Assembly: GCA_964572175.1 (NCBI GenBank)
Contig: CAZNEH010000004.1
Coordinates: 1-60,411 of the forward strand
DNA length: 60,411 nucleotides
DNA from: an uncultured Gammaproteobacteria bacterium
GTDB lineage: Bacteria > Patescibacteriota > Patescibacteriia > UBA9570 > CAZNEH01
Direction of reading: 5' to 3'
Under the pieces are notes generated by a model. It ran no database searches, was not told where the DNA came from, and was given only the letters and a program-made list of their open reading frames with translations. Shown in pieces: positions 19,407 to 27,888 of this stretch. The stretch's first letter is position 1, and each line of letters begins with the position of its first letter. The position numbers and the translations under genes were made by a program.

Positions 19407-20826
19407 AAGTATCTGGTGAGTTATCTTTTTCTATTGTTTGAACTTCGTCGCTATATTCTTCTTCGATTTCTTCTTCACTTACTTCTGTGTAATCAGCTCC
19501 AATAATAATTAAGAAATCAGCTCCTGATTCAGTTAAGCCATCAGCTTCTTCTTTAGACTTAAATTCAAAGTCGCTAAATAATTCTTGCAGCTTAGTTAAA
19601 GTTTCTGGTTTTTGGCCGTCTGATAAATCGTAAATATAAGTTTTGGCTTCTTCTTGGTTTAAGGCATTTCCAATAGACGAGACTTTCAAATCTTTTCCTC
19701 GAAGCTCTTCTGCAGTCTTGGCCGCTAAACCATTTTTATTAGTTCCATTTTGAACTTCTAAACTTGCTTCTTCTTTAGTGATCTCTACAGTTTCAAAAAC
19801 ATTTTTAGACATATTTTGAATTTCTGTAAAATTATATTCACCGGCATTAGGAATTAACACATAAGCCCCGGTGTCAGCAATTTTAGAGTAGAGAAGTCCG
19901 CTAGCTCCATTATCAATAACTTTGCTAATAATACTTTCTTTATCCATTTCCCCAGACATCTTAGCTCCTTGCACCATTTCCCAAACCTCGGCATTAGTTT
20001 TTAAATGATCACTTAAACTGCCCAAGATATTATTTAAAGTCATTGGATTCAAGAGAGTAGAACTGGAAAACATTTTATCTTTAAAAGATTCAATAACTTT
20101 TTGCTGCCTTTGGCTGCGGGCAAAGTCAGAGCCTTCGCCATTGTTGCCATGCCTAGATCGAGAGAATTGCAACGCTGTTTCACCGTCCATATGGGTCCAG
20201 CCTTTAGTAAATTGAATAGTTTGATAACCATAATTATAATCTGGGTACTCGTAGTCTGTGAATCCGTTTTCTACATAAATATCTAAACCGCCCATATCAT
20301 CAATAATTTTTCTAAATCCTTCAAAGTCTAGCCAAACATAATAATTCATGTCCAAGCCAGTCACTTCAGTAATTTTTTCTAGCACTAAATCCATTCCTCC
20401 AAGTTCATAAGCATAGTTAATCTTGCGTCCTTCCCAGTAGTCAGGATTATTATCATCATAAACCTTTACTACTAAATCACGAGGTATAGAAATAAAAGAC
20501 ATTTCATTCGTGCTGGGCTTGTAACTAGCTACCATAATAGTGTCAGTTAAAGTCCCACCAGGATGGTTTAATCCGCCCAAGCCTAAAAGCAAGACATTGA
20601 TTCGGTCTTCTTCTTGGCCCTTTAATGGCTTTTCTTGATTAACATATTTAATCTGGCTAAAAATAGAAGTGTTTTCTTCGCTATCAGAAATCTTATTAGT
20701 CGCTCCGCTAACTCTTTGATAAACAAATCCAAAGCCTAGGACTAATAAAAAAATCCCTCCCAATAATATCCATTTTTTCCACGAGAAGGTTTTCTCTGCT
20801 TGTGGCCCAATTAAGTCTTGATTCAT
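19396..20826 (-). CDS. LCP (LytR-CpsA-Psr) family protein with LytR C-terminal domain
   Basis: TDTIM, SIPRD, SDFARSQRQQ; C-terminal 'VQNGT..GLA...IIIGAD'. Confidence 0.9.
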   Translation of the reverse strand: MNQDLIGPQAEKTFSWKKWILLGGIFLLVLGFGFVYQRVSGATNKISDSEENTSIFSQIKYVNQEKPLKGQEEDRINVLLLGLGGLNHPGGTLTDTIMVASYKPSTNEMSFISIPRDLVVKVYDDNNPDYWEGRKINYAYELGGMDLVLEKITEVTGLDMNYYVWLDFEGFRKIIDDMGGLDIYVENGFTDYEYPDYNYGYQTIQFTKGWTHMDGETALQFSRSRHGNNGEGSDFARSQRQQKVIESFKDKMFSSSTLLNPMTLNNILGSLSDHLKTNAEVWEMVQGAKMSGEMDKESIISKVIDNGASGLLYSKIADTGAYVLIPNAGEYNFTEIQNMSKNVFETVEITKEEASLEVQNGTNKNGLAAKTAEELRGKDLKVSSIGNALNQEEAKTYIYDLSDGQKPETLTKLQELFSDFEFKSKEEADGLTESGADFLIIIGADYTEVSEEEIEEEYSDEVQTIEKDNSPDTYVL

Positions 20827-20880
20827 GCTTTGATTATAGGATAAATTGATTTTTTCGTCAATTTTTACTATAATACGGTT

Positions 20881-23754
20881 ATGGAAGGATCAATTGAATT
20901 AAAACAAGGCTCAGTATCAGAAGCAGAAAAAGCAAAATCAGAAATAGACTCTTATTTTGCTGAGTTATTATTATCTGAGCAATACCAAGAAGGAAGCGTT
21001 TTTGATTTATCTAGACAAGTAGAAGATCACCTTCGTCAAATAGCAGAAAAAAATAAAATTAATCTATCTCAAGTAGTTGAGATTTTTTTTGATAATTTAA
21101 TTACAGAATTTAAAAAATATCCCGAAGCTCCATCTCATCTAAGCGCTTTAAGAGAAAATTTATTTTCCGTGTCTCCTAACTTGAGTAATCTTTTGCCAGC
21201 AGATAAAATGATTAGAATAGGCGCTAAAATGACTAGGGCTCCAGAACTACAAAGATCACTAGGAAGTACAATTAACGGAGAATTGGCTTATGAGATGTCT
21301 TATTTAAGAAGAGAACATGTTGAGCAATTAACAGAGCAATTAGCCGAAGCCGCTTCTCACGATTCTTTAGGGGAAGTAGTAGATCAATTAGATTACTTGT
21401 TTAATATTGCGGCCCAGGCTGCTGCTCAAGGAAGTTGGGCCGAGGCTGGAGCTGATAATAGCCAACAATTTTTAGAAGCTGTAGCTACTGCTCGACCAGA
21501 GCCATTAGTTCAACTAATTGCTCAAGCCTATTTAGAAAGATCAGATCAAGAAATTAGAGACCCCTCTAGTTCAGTTTTAGAATACCGTGGCGATCCTGGA
21601 AGCGCTAGAATAAGAGTTTTTACTCCAGAATGGCAAGAAGAAGGCAGAGAATTAAGAGCTAGTTTAAATTTTTATCCACCTCTAAATAATAGTGATCAGG
21701 TTAGATATGTCGCCCCTGGAATAATCGGAATTTTTGATCACGCCGGAGCATTAAGAGGAATATCAGAGATTAATAAAGAAGATATTCCTGAACAAACAGA
21801 AGTTTCAGAACAAGTTATTGATCAGGCTAGAGACTTTGCTCAAAGATTAGTCGGTGATGCTAATTATTTATTTGCTGCTCTGCGTTTAACTAGGCAGTGT
21901 GACTCAGGAATTATAACTAGATTAAACCAGGAAATTCCAGGGGACTGGGAAGAAAATTATCAGATAATAGAGCAATTTAAAGAATTGCAAGCCCAAGCCA
22001 GACAAGAACAAAGCCAAATTCAATTAGCTGCTGAAGAAGCTAATCAACAAGCTAGTATTGATTTAATTAATAATTTTGGAAATGATCAAGCTAAAGAATT
22101 GTTAGCTCAAGGCTATATCGAACAAGCTTTTAACTTAACTGAAAGACTAGCTCCTCCAGAAGAAGTTATGAAATTAAGGCAATTTCACAGCGATTCATTT
22201 AGACAAGCCGAAGAAAAAATAACAACTACTAGACAAAGAATAATAAATGATAACCAGGAATTATTAGATAGAGTTAATGAAATACATCAAGACCTTTATG
22301 AACAGAGACATAAATTACAAGAAGTCATCAATGCGGCGGCTGATGAAGCAGGGGCTAGAAGGCAAGAAAAACTTCCCCAAGCAGAAGTGACTCCTTTACC
22401 AAAAGTTATTTCTAGCTCTAAACACAATCCATATACTCATGATCCATTACAAGACACTGCTTTATTATTAAATAATTTATACAGCCCTGATATCCAAAGA
22501 ATAGTCCAAGAAGATTTAGGCTTAAGCATTAGAGAAATTTCTTTTAGATCTCAGATTCAACTTTTACAATTTTTAGCCCGTGGAGACCAGGGTTCTTTTT
22601 ATCAGTTTGGTCAAGCCTATCAAAGAGAGGGGATTAATCAGGCCGATCTAATGAGTTCTTTCTTTGCCTTGTCTCAAGACCCAGAAATAGGCCGACAAAT
22701 TTTAGATTTTGCTGAAGCTGCCGAACCTGACGAAGTAAATATAGTCTTAGCTCGTTATAACGAAATAACCAAGCACGTAGATTCTTTAGAGTCAGAGGTA
22801 GGCGAGTTTTTTAGAGAAAAAGGAAGAGAAGTAGACACTCGTCGAGTAGTTCAAGAATTAGTTAAAAGAGCTAATCGAGTTTTACTTACAGCGATAGAAA
22901 CAGGTGATTATGAGGCTTTAGAACAAATCAATGCCGATGTGGTTGCCTTTGCTTCATTATGTCGAGTCACTTTAAAAGAAGGTCAAGACATAGCTTTGGG
23001 AGACATCGCTGGTTTTGACCGCCAAGTAGTTAGCACTGCCTTTTTATCTCAAGAACAAAAACAGCAAATGTTAGAAATTGCTAAAAGAAACTATGCTCGT
23101 TTTCCAGAAGTGTGGCAAGAGTTAGAAAAAATATTAGAAGAAGCTCAAGATGATTATTATATTTTAGTAAAAACTATAGATGACCAGCAAGTAGTGGCTG
23201 CTTTTGCTAGAGCCTATCATTTAGATGGTCAGCGGGTCTATTTAGGATCATTAAATGTAAATCAAGATTTGCGCGGCTCTGGAATAGGGGAAAACTTTTT
23301 ACAAGAGACCATTGCCCAACTAGCTGAAGAAAAAACAGTGGTCGCCGTAGTACGATCTGGCGTACAAGCTGGTACTAATTATATAGAAGAACAAGGCTTT
23401 ATCGGAGTAGGGTACCATGAAGACGTTAAAACCAAAAATCATAATGGTTTAATAGATATTGAAACTACTAGAGAAGAATCTCTTCTTGGTCAACGCTCCA
23501 AAGAAGATCTGATTACTGACCAGCAAGAAAATTTTCCTGGCAACCCTTTAGATCATCTAGGCCAAGATTATATTTTAGCTAGATTTAATACTGCTACTCA
23601 ACTAGAAGTCATTGCCCAAGTAAATCAAGAGTTATTAAATAATCAGGGTTATCGTTTAATCAGATATTTTAGCTTAGACCCCAAGGGGGAAGAGAGATTA
23701 TACGGTTTTGAAAAGAAAGTTCAATCTCAAACCGAGGCTGTAGCGGCTGCTTAA
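20881..23754 (+). CDS. Large helical protein with a C-terminal GNAT-like domain
   Basis: 957-aa ORF; 'LNVNQDLRGSGIG' acetyl-CoA motif A. Confidence 0.55.
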   Translation: MEGSIELKQGSVSEAEKAKSEIDSYFAELLLSEQYQEGSVFDLSRQVEDHLRQIAEKNKINLSQVVEIFFDNLITEFKKYPEAPSHLSALRENLFSVSPNLSNLLPADKMIRIGAKMTRAPELQRSLGSTINGELAYEMSYLRREHVEQLTEQLAEAASHDSLGEVVDQLDYLFNIAAQAAAQGSWAEAGADNSQQFLEAVATARPEPLVQLIAQAYLERSDQEIRDPSSSVLEYRGDPGSARIRVFTPEWQEEGRELRASLNFYPPLNNSDQVRYVAPGIIGIFDHAGALRGISEINKEDIPEQTEVSEQVIDQARDFAQRLVGDANYLFAALRLTRQCDSGIITRLNQEIPGDWEENYQIIEQFKELQAQARQEQSQIQLAAEEANQQASIDLINNFGNDQAKELLAQGYIEQAFNLTERLAPPEEVMKLRQFHSDSFRQAEEKITTTRQRIINDNQELLDRVNEIHQDLYEQRHKLQEVINAAADEAGARRQEKLPQAEVTPLPKVISSSKHNPYTHDPLQDTALLLNNLYSPDIQRIVQEDLGLSIREISFRSQIQLLQFLARGDQGSFYQFGQAYQREGINQADLMSSFFALSQDPEIGRQILDFAEAAEPDEVNIVLARYNEITKHVDSLESEVGEFFREKGREVDTRRVVQELVKRANRVLLTAIETGDYEALEQINADVVAFASLCRVTLKEGQDIALGDIAGFDRQVVSTAFLSQEQKQQMLEIAKRNYARFPEVWQELEKILEEAQDDYYILVKTIDDQQVVAAFARAYHLDGQRVYLGSLNVNQDLRGSGIGENFLQETIAQLAEEKTVVAVVRSGVQAGTNYIEEQGFIGVGYHEDVKTKNHNGLIDIETTREESLLGQRSKEDLITDQQENFPGNPLDHLGQDYILARFNTATQLEVIAQVNQELLNNQGYRLIRYFSLDPKGEERLYGFEKKVQSQTEAVAAA

Positions 23755-24497
23755 AGAGTTTGCCAAATATATTCAAATATAGATCTATGAAATCTAGCTA
23801 CTTGTGGATGTTGAATATGAAAGGCCATTAAAGAATCTTTTTCCGCCACTAAATATAAAGCTTTGTCATCATAAATTTCTACCGCATTATCAAACGGATA
23901 CTTTTTACTATCTATAAATTTAACTTCAGTAAATTCTGGATTAACATTTTTAGCATGTTCCCTAGATACAGGGTTATCGACCATGATCATTTTCTTTTTA
24001 ATTCCCTTTCTAATTCTAGCTTTTACATATTTTTCATTAATCTCCTTTACATACTGGTCTACATTAGCGCTATTTACAAAAGTGTAAATTATTTCCTCAG
24101 TATTTAGAGAGTCATGCAAGGCTTTAGCATAAGATTCCTCTCCTTCATAAAAGGTAATTCCTGGCTTATTATTAGCTAAATTATAATCAGAAGTTAATTG
24201 TTTTAAATTAGCTTGAATAGTCTTTTTGGCTTGTTCTAGGTCTTTTTGTCTTTGTTCTACATATTCAGCTAATTTAGAAGGATGTTCTACCCTAAAATGG
24301 GCGATTTTGCCTTTATCATATTGTTCTACAAGCCCCTTTTTCACTAAATCAGCTAGTTTATTATACACATTACCCCTTTTTAAAGGGGTTTCTTTAATTA
24401 TGGCTCCTGCAGAACATTCACCATGTTCTAGCAAATATTCATAGATTAAGACCTCGTCTTGGTCTAGATCCGCTTGTTTTAGGATATCGCTATACAT
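23751..24497 (-). CDS. TrmB-family HTH transcriptional regulator
   Basis: 'E..IY..LL..G...AG.I.....RGNVY..L..L..KGLV' wHTH plus PLD-like C-terminal domain. Confidence 0.85.
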   Translation of the reverse strand: MYSDILKQADLDQDEVLIYEYLLEHGECSAGAIIKETPLKRGNVYNKLADLVKKGLVEQYDKGKIAHFRVEHPSKLAEYVEQRQKDLEQAKKTIQANLKQLTSDYNLANNKPGITFYEGEESYAKALHDSLNTEEIIYTFVNSANVDQYVKEINEKYVKARIRKGIKKKMIMVDNPVSREHAKNVNPEFTEVKFIDSKKYPFDNAVEIYDDKALYLVAEKDSLMAFHIQHPQVARFHRSIFEYIWQTL

Positions 24498-24707
24498 ATT
24501 AATAGGGGATTAATGTTTATTTCTACCTTAATTGTATCTTATTAATATGTATTTGTCAAGGAAATTTGACAAATAAGCCTATATTTTATCCACAATCATC
24601 TAAAATTATAATCATTATAAAACATAATAAAGACAATATAAGCCTAAATAATAACTCCCAAAATAGCCCTTTTTTGACTTAAATTAGCCAATATTTATCA
24701 CAACCTA

Positions 24708-24736
24708 TTGACAAAATATGAAACCTATGATAAGAT
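24708..24736 (+). promoter_or_regulatory. Sigma70 promoter upstream of the long structured leader and cassette array
   Basis: TTGACA-17-TAAGAT with extended -10 TG. Confidence 0.7.
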
Positions 24737-24742
24737 GTCTCG

Positions 24743-25450
24743 TCAAGATGAAACGCAAAGAGAAACTGGAGAAAAGCACACGAACATTACAACCTAGTAA
24801 GAGAGAGCCCAGACACTGATCCTGGGTAAACAAAAGATCAGTAGAACACGCATGTCTCTCTCGTTAACCCTTCGATACGATTTTCCTAAGGAAAATCACT
24901 CAGGGTGAAACAGTTATAGAGATATGCGTGTTCTTTTATAAAAAGGAGTTGATTAATAGAGAAGTAAACCAGAAGTAAAAGTAGAGAGATTACTTCCCTA
25001 GAAATTAAATCCTAGATTACTCTGGAATACCCAAGCCTCCTTATATAAGGCGGAACGGTAAACAACGAGTTAATCAAACGATGATTAGCAAATGAGGTTG
25101 AGAACAGTAAAACGTTTTCCCTCGCAACTACCAAAAGGTGGTTTGAGCAATCAATAGTGCACAGCTAAGTCAACTTCGGTTGACCTGGCTGGCGAGGTTC
25201 TAGGAGCGCTTGCCTAGGACTTCACCAGCCGGTTCCAGTAAATAAACGAAAGGCTACTATTCTAAATACTTCTTAAAGAGCAGGTCCAAGGTGTTGGACT
25301 AAAAGAAGGAACAGAGTAGAGGACATTGACAACTTAGTTCTCCCTAAGCTCATAACTAGATTATGTGTTTAGGGAGCATCACGAGAGACTACGGCTAAAC
25401 GCGCGTTCATCTGGGTTGTCCAGGTGCGTTCGTAAAGCAGAGTCTTTCGT
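24743..25450 (+). ncRNA. Candidate ~700-nt highly structured noncoding RNA or 5' leader
   Basis: Successive hairpins, e.g. 24843-24934, cUUCGg-capped 25162-25191, 25187-25230, 25339-25376, 25381-25450; G-U pairs favour + strand; no ORF >=60 aa in the track before 25365. Confidence 0.6.
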
Positions 25451-25470
25451 TATGTATCATGGAGTCATTT

Positions 25471-25818
25471 ATGACCAAGCTCATCAACCTGACCCCCCAC
25501 GCCCTCACCCTCCGTGCCGTCGATGGCACGGACACCACCATCGCCCCCTCGGGGACGGTGGCCCGGGTCTCCATGACCCCGGGAGTCAAGACCGAGGTCG
25601 AGGGGGTCCCGGTCCCGGTGTGGACCGCGGACGAGGTGGGGGAGGTCACCGGCCTCCCCGCCCCGCAGGAAGGCACCTTCTACATCGTCTCCGGCTTCGT
25701 CGGGTCGGCCTGCAAGGGCCGCTCCGACATCCTCGTCCCGGGCACCGGCCCCAAGGACGGGGCCGTCCGCAACGACCGCGGCCACATCCAGGCCGTGACC
25801 CGCCTCAAGCGGGTCTAG
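25471..25818 (+). CDS. GC-rich cassette A: NLTPH-motif protein, putative Crn4-like ring nuclease
   Basis: MTKLINLTPH...ARV...GLPAPQEGTFYIVS...R.D...P...R...G pattern, which I recall for the Crn4 family; GGAG SD. Confidence 0.6.
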   Translation: MTKLINLTPHALTLRAVDGTDTTIAPSGTVARVSMTPGVKTEVEGVPVPVWTADEVGEVTGLPAPQEGTFYIVSGFVGSACKGRSDILVPGTGPKDGAVRNDRGHIQAVTRLKRV

Positions 25819-25831
25819 ACGGTCACCCCTC

Positions 25832-26140
25832 CCCAGTCATGAGGCAACTGGGAATTCGGAGGACACCTCGCCTCACCCCTGGGAGCACGCGCACCGCACA
25901 CCGCGTGTCGCTCCCATCCTTTTTTCCGCTCAGTATTTCTGCGAAAAATAAACATAGCGCAGCCAAATAGTGAGCGTAAATAAGGATTCTCACATCCTGA
26001 CCAGTAAAGGCCCTATCCACCCTTTGTGGATGCGCGTTCTTCCCAGAGCGCAGAGTGGAGCCACACTGACTGGTAAAAAATCTTGACCCCCCACGGGTCC
26101 CGGGTTCATGAGCCTTTACTCTCGAAAGGAGCAAATCATG
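25832..26140 (+). repeat. Divergent copy of the inter-cassette structured module
   Basis: Pseudoknot 25832-25875, GGGAGC..GCTCCC hairpin 25881-25915, hairpin 25916-25987, multibranch motif 26000-26074, SD GAAAGGAG. Confidence 0.8.
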
Positions 26141-26503
26141 TCCAAGTCCAACAGCGTCCCCACCGCCGCCGAGGAGGCCAAAAGCCTCTTCGAAGAGACG
26201 CTCCCCACCCTCCCCACCACCATCAAGAACGGGGTCGAGCGCCCCGTCTTCCAGTTCGAGGAGTTGAAGGAGGACGGGTCCGTTTGGGTCCACTCCGGAG
26301 CGGATGGCGTCCCCCCCCGAAAGATCGGTTCCATCGGGGAGCCGATCGAGGAGATCATCCCCGACAAGATGATCTCCTCCCTGATCTTGGAGGATGGCGG
26401 GGCCGGGGGGCTCCCCTCCGAACCACAAAAGTACCGGACCTCCGTGGCCCGGCAGCTCCGCCGGGAGCTGGCCGAGAAACTCCTCGCCATGTGCGAGGAG
26501 TAG
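26138..26503 (+). CDS. GC-rich cassette B: acidic hypothetical protein
   Basis: GAAAGGAGCAAATC-ATG start; C-ending codons; MSKS N-terminus. Confidence 0.7.
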   Translation: MSKSNSVPTAAEEAKSLFEETLPTLPTTIKNGVERPVFQFEELKEDGSVWVHSGADGVPPRKIGSIGEPIEEIIPDKMISSLILEDGGAGGLPSEPQKYRTSVARQLRRELAEKLLAMCEE

Positions 26504-26504
26504 T

Positions 26505-26796
26505 GCCTAGTCCAGGCCTAAGACACGTCTGGTGAAAAAAACAACTGTCTTCAGACGGGAGCCCGCGCATCGCACACCGCGCCGGTTCCCATCCTTTTTT
26601 ATTTTCATCATCCAGCATGGTGAACATAAATAAGGATTCTCACATCCTAAACCAGTAAAGGCCCTATCTCACACCTCGCGAGATGAGCGTTTCCTAGAAA
26701 CGCAGAGTGGAGCTACACTGACTGGTTAAAAATTAGACCCCCTCGTGGGTCCCGGGTCATGATCCCGGTTACTCTTTGAAAGGAGATATCATGTCC
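26505..26796 (+). repeat. ~290-bp inter-cassette direct repeat, copy 1
   Basis: Near-identical to 27027-27317, with differences only in the first ~40 nt. Confidence 0.95.
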
Positions 26797-27024
26797 CAAT
26801 CCATCGCCACGTCCCCCCGCCCCCAGTCCACCCCCGTCCGGTGCGCGCAGTGCGTGCATTGGGTTGAGAAGATGGGGGGCTTCGGCCTCTCCGTCTCCGC
26901 CAAGGAGAAGGGATTGAAGTTTTGCCTCGGCCAAAGGGCCGAGGCCTTCACTATGGGGATGGAGGACGCCTGCGTCCTCACCCCGCCAGACCACTTCTGC
27001 GCCCTGGCAAAAAAGAAGGAGTAA
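26791..27024 (+). CDS. GC-rich cassette C: small Cys-rich protein (77 aa)
   Basis: GAAAGGAGATATC-ATG; CAQCVHW...C...C...C. Confidence 0.65.
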   Translation: MSQSIATSPRPQSTPVRCAQCVHWVEKMGGFGLSVSAKEKGLKFCLGQRAEAFTMGMEDACVLTPPDHFCALAKKKE

Positions 27025-27026
27025 GC

Positions 27027-27317
27027 GCCTAGTCCAGACCTAAGACACGTCTGGCGAAACAAAAACTGTCTTCAGACGGGAGCCCGCGCATCGCACACCG
27101 CGCCGGTTCCCATCCTTTTTTATTTTCATCATCCAGCATGGTGAACATAAATAAGGATTCTCACATCCTAAACCAGTAAAGGCCCTATCTCACACCTCGC
27201 GAGATGAGCGTTTCCTAGAAACGCAGAGTGGAGCTACACTGACTGGTTAAAAATTAGACCCCCTCGTGGGTCCCGGGTCATGATCCCGGTTACTCTTTGA
27301 AAGGAGATATCATGTCC
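27027..27317 (+). repeat. ~290-bp inter-cassette direct repeat, copy 2
   Basis: Near-identical to 26505-26796. Confidence 0.95.
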
Positions 27318-27686
27318 AAGTCCATCAACACCGCCGCCCTCGCCTCCCTTCTCGCCCCCTGGTTCGCCAGCGGCGAGGACGAGGATATCCCGACCGGATG
27401 GGAGGTCGAGGGGGCTTACGAAGAGCCCCATCGCGTCCCCCGTGTCCACGGGGAGGTGGACGGAAACCGGATCTACTGCGTAGATCCGGAGGACCACTGC
27501 CCCTTCTGGCTGGTCTGGGGGGGACCGGGAGAAATCCCGGAAAACCTGTTCCACAACGACACCGCCCTCGAGGAGCGCCACGAAAAGCTCCTCGAAATCG
27601 GCAATGCCCTCGGGGGATGGCGAGAGTGCGAGGGGTGTGGAGAGTGTGTCTCAGTGGGGGAGGTATGCCCCCATTGCGGACAATAG
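27312..27686 (+). CDS. GC-rich cassette D: acidic protein with C-terminal zinc ribbon
   Basis: GAAAGGAGATATC-ATG; CEGC...CPHC at the C-terminus. Confidence 0.7.
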   Translation: MSKSINTAALASLLAPWFASGEDEDIPTGWEVEGAYEEPHRVPRVHGEVDGNRIYCVDPEDHCPFWLVWGGPGEIPENLFHNDTALEERHEKLLEIGNALGGWRECEGCGECVSVGEVCPHCGQ

Positions 27687-27697
27687 GCGCACCCAGC

Positions 27698-27830
27698 CCA
27701 GACCTGAGCATGTCTGGACACAAACAAACAACTGTTCACCTGGAAGCGTGCGCCTTGCACCGGCCGCGCTTCCATCCTTTTTTCTTTCCATTACTCTTTC
27801 TCTCTCTAGAGTAGTGGAGGGAAAAAAGAG
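27698..27830 (+). terminator. 3' module of the last cassette: pseudoknot + GC hairpin + U-tract hairpin
   Basis: ccagac/gtctgg stem, loop tgagca pairs tgttca; tggaagcg...cgcttcca then T-run; ccattactct/agagtagtgg. Confidence 0.7.
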
Positions 27831-27888
27831 GAGAACTAAGTTGATTTAAGGCAAAAAATATGCTATACTTAATAAGTAAAATAAAAAA

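Noticed and set aside
24586-24594. Replication origin
   Set aside because: Only an isolated DnaA box; no cluster and no dnaA/dnaN nearby
26000-26074. Twister or other known ribozyme/riboswitch (GCAGAGU, GCCC resemblance)
   Set aside because: Required conserved cleavage-site and pseudoknot elements could not be placed by eye; left as an unknown motif
26501-26551. Stop-codon read-through signal (UAG + 8 nt + pseudoknot, retrovirus-like)
   Set aside because: Spacer length varies from 8 to 13 nt among copies, and in B the frame closes again after five codons
26505-27317. CRISPR array or integron attC array
   Set aside because: Repeats are ~290 bp and separate whole genes; no cas genes or integron integrase in the window and no RYYYAAC/GTTRRRY attC boxes recognised
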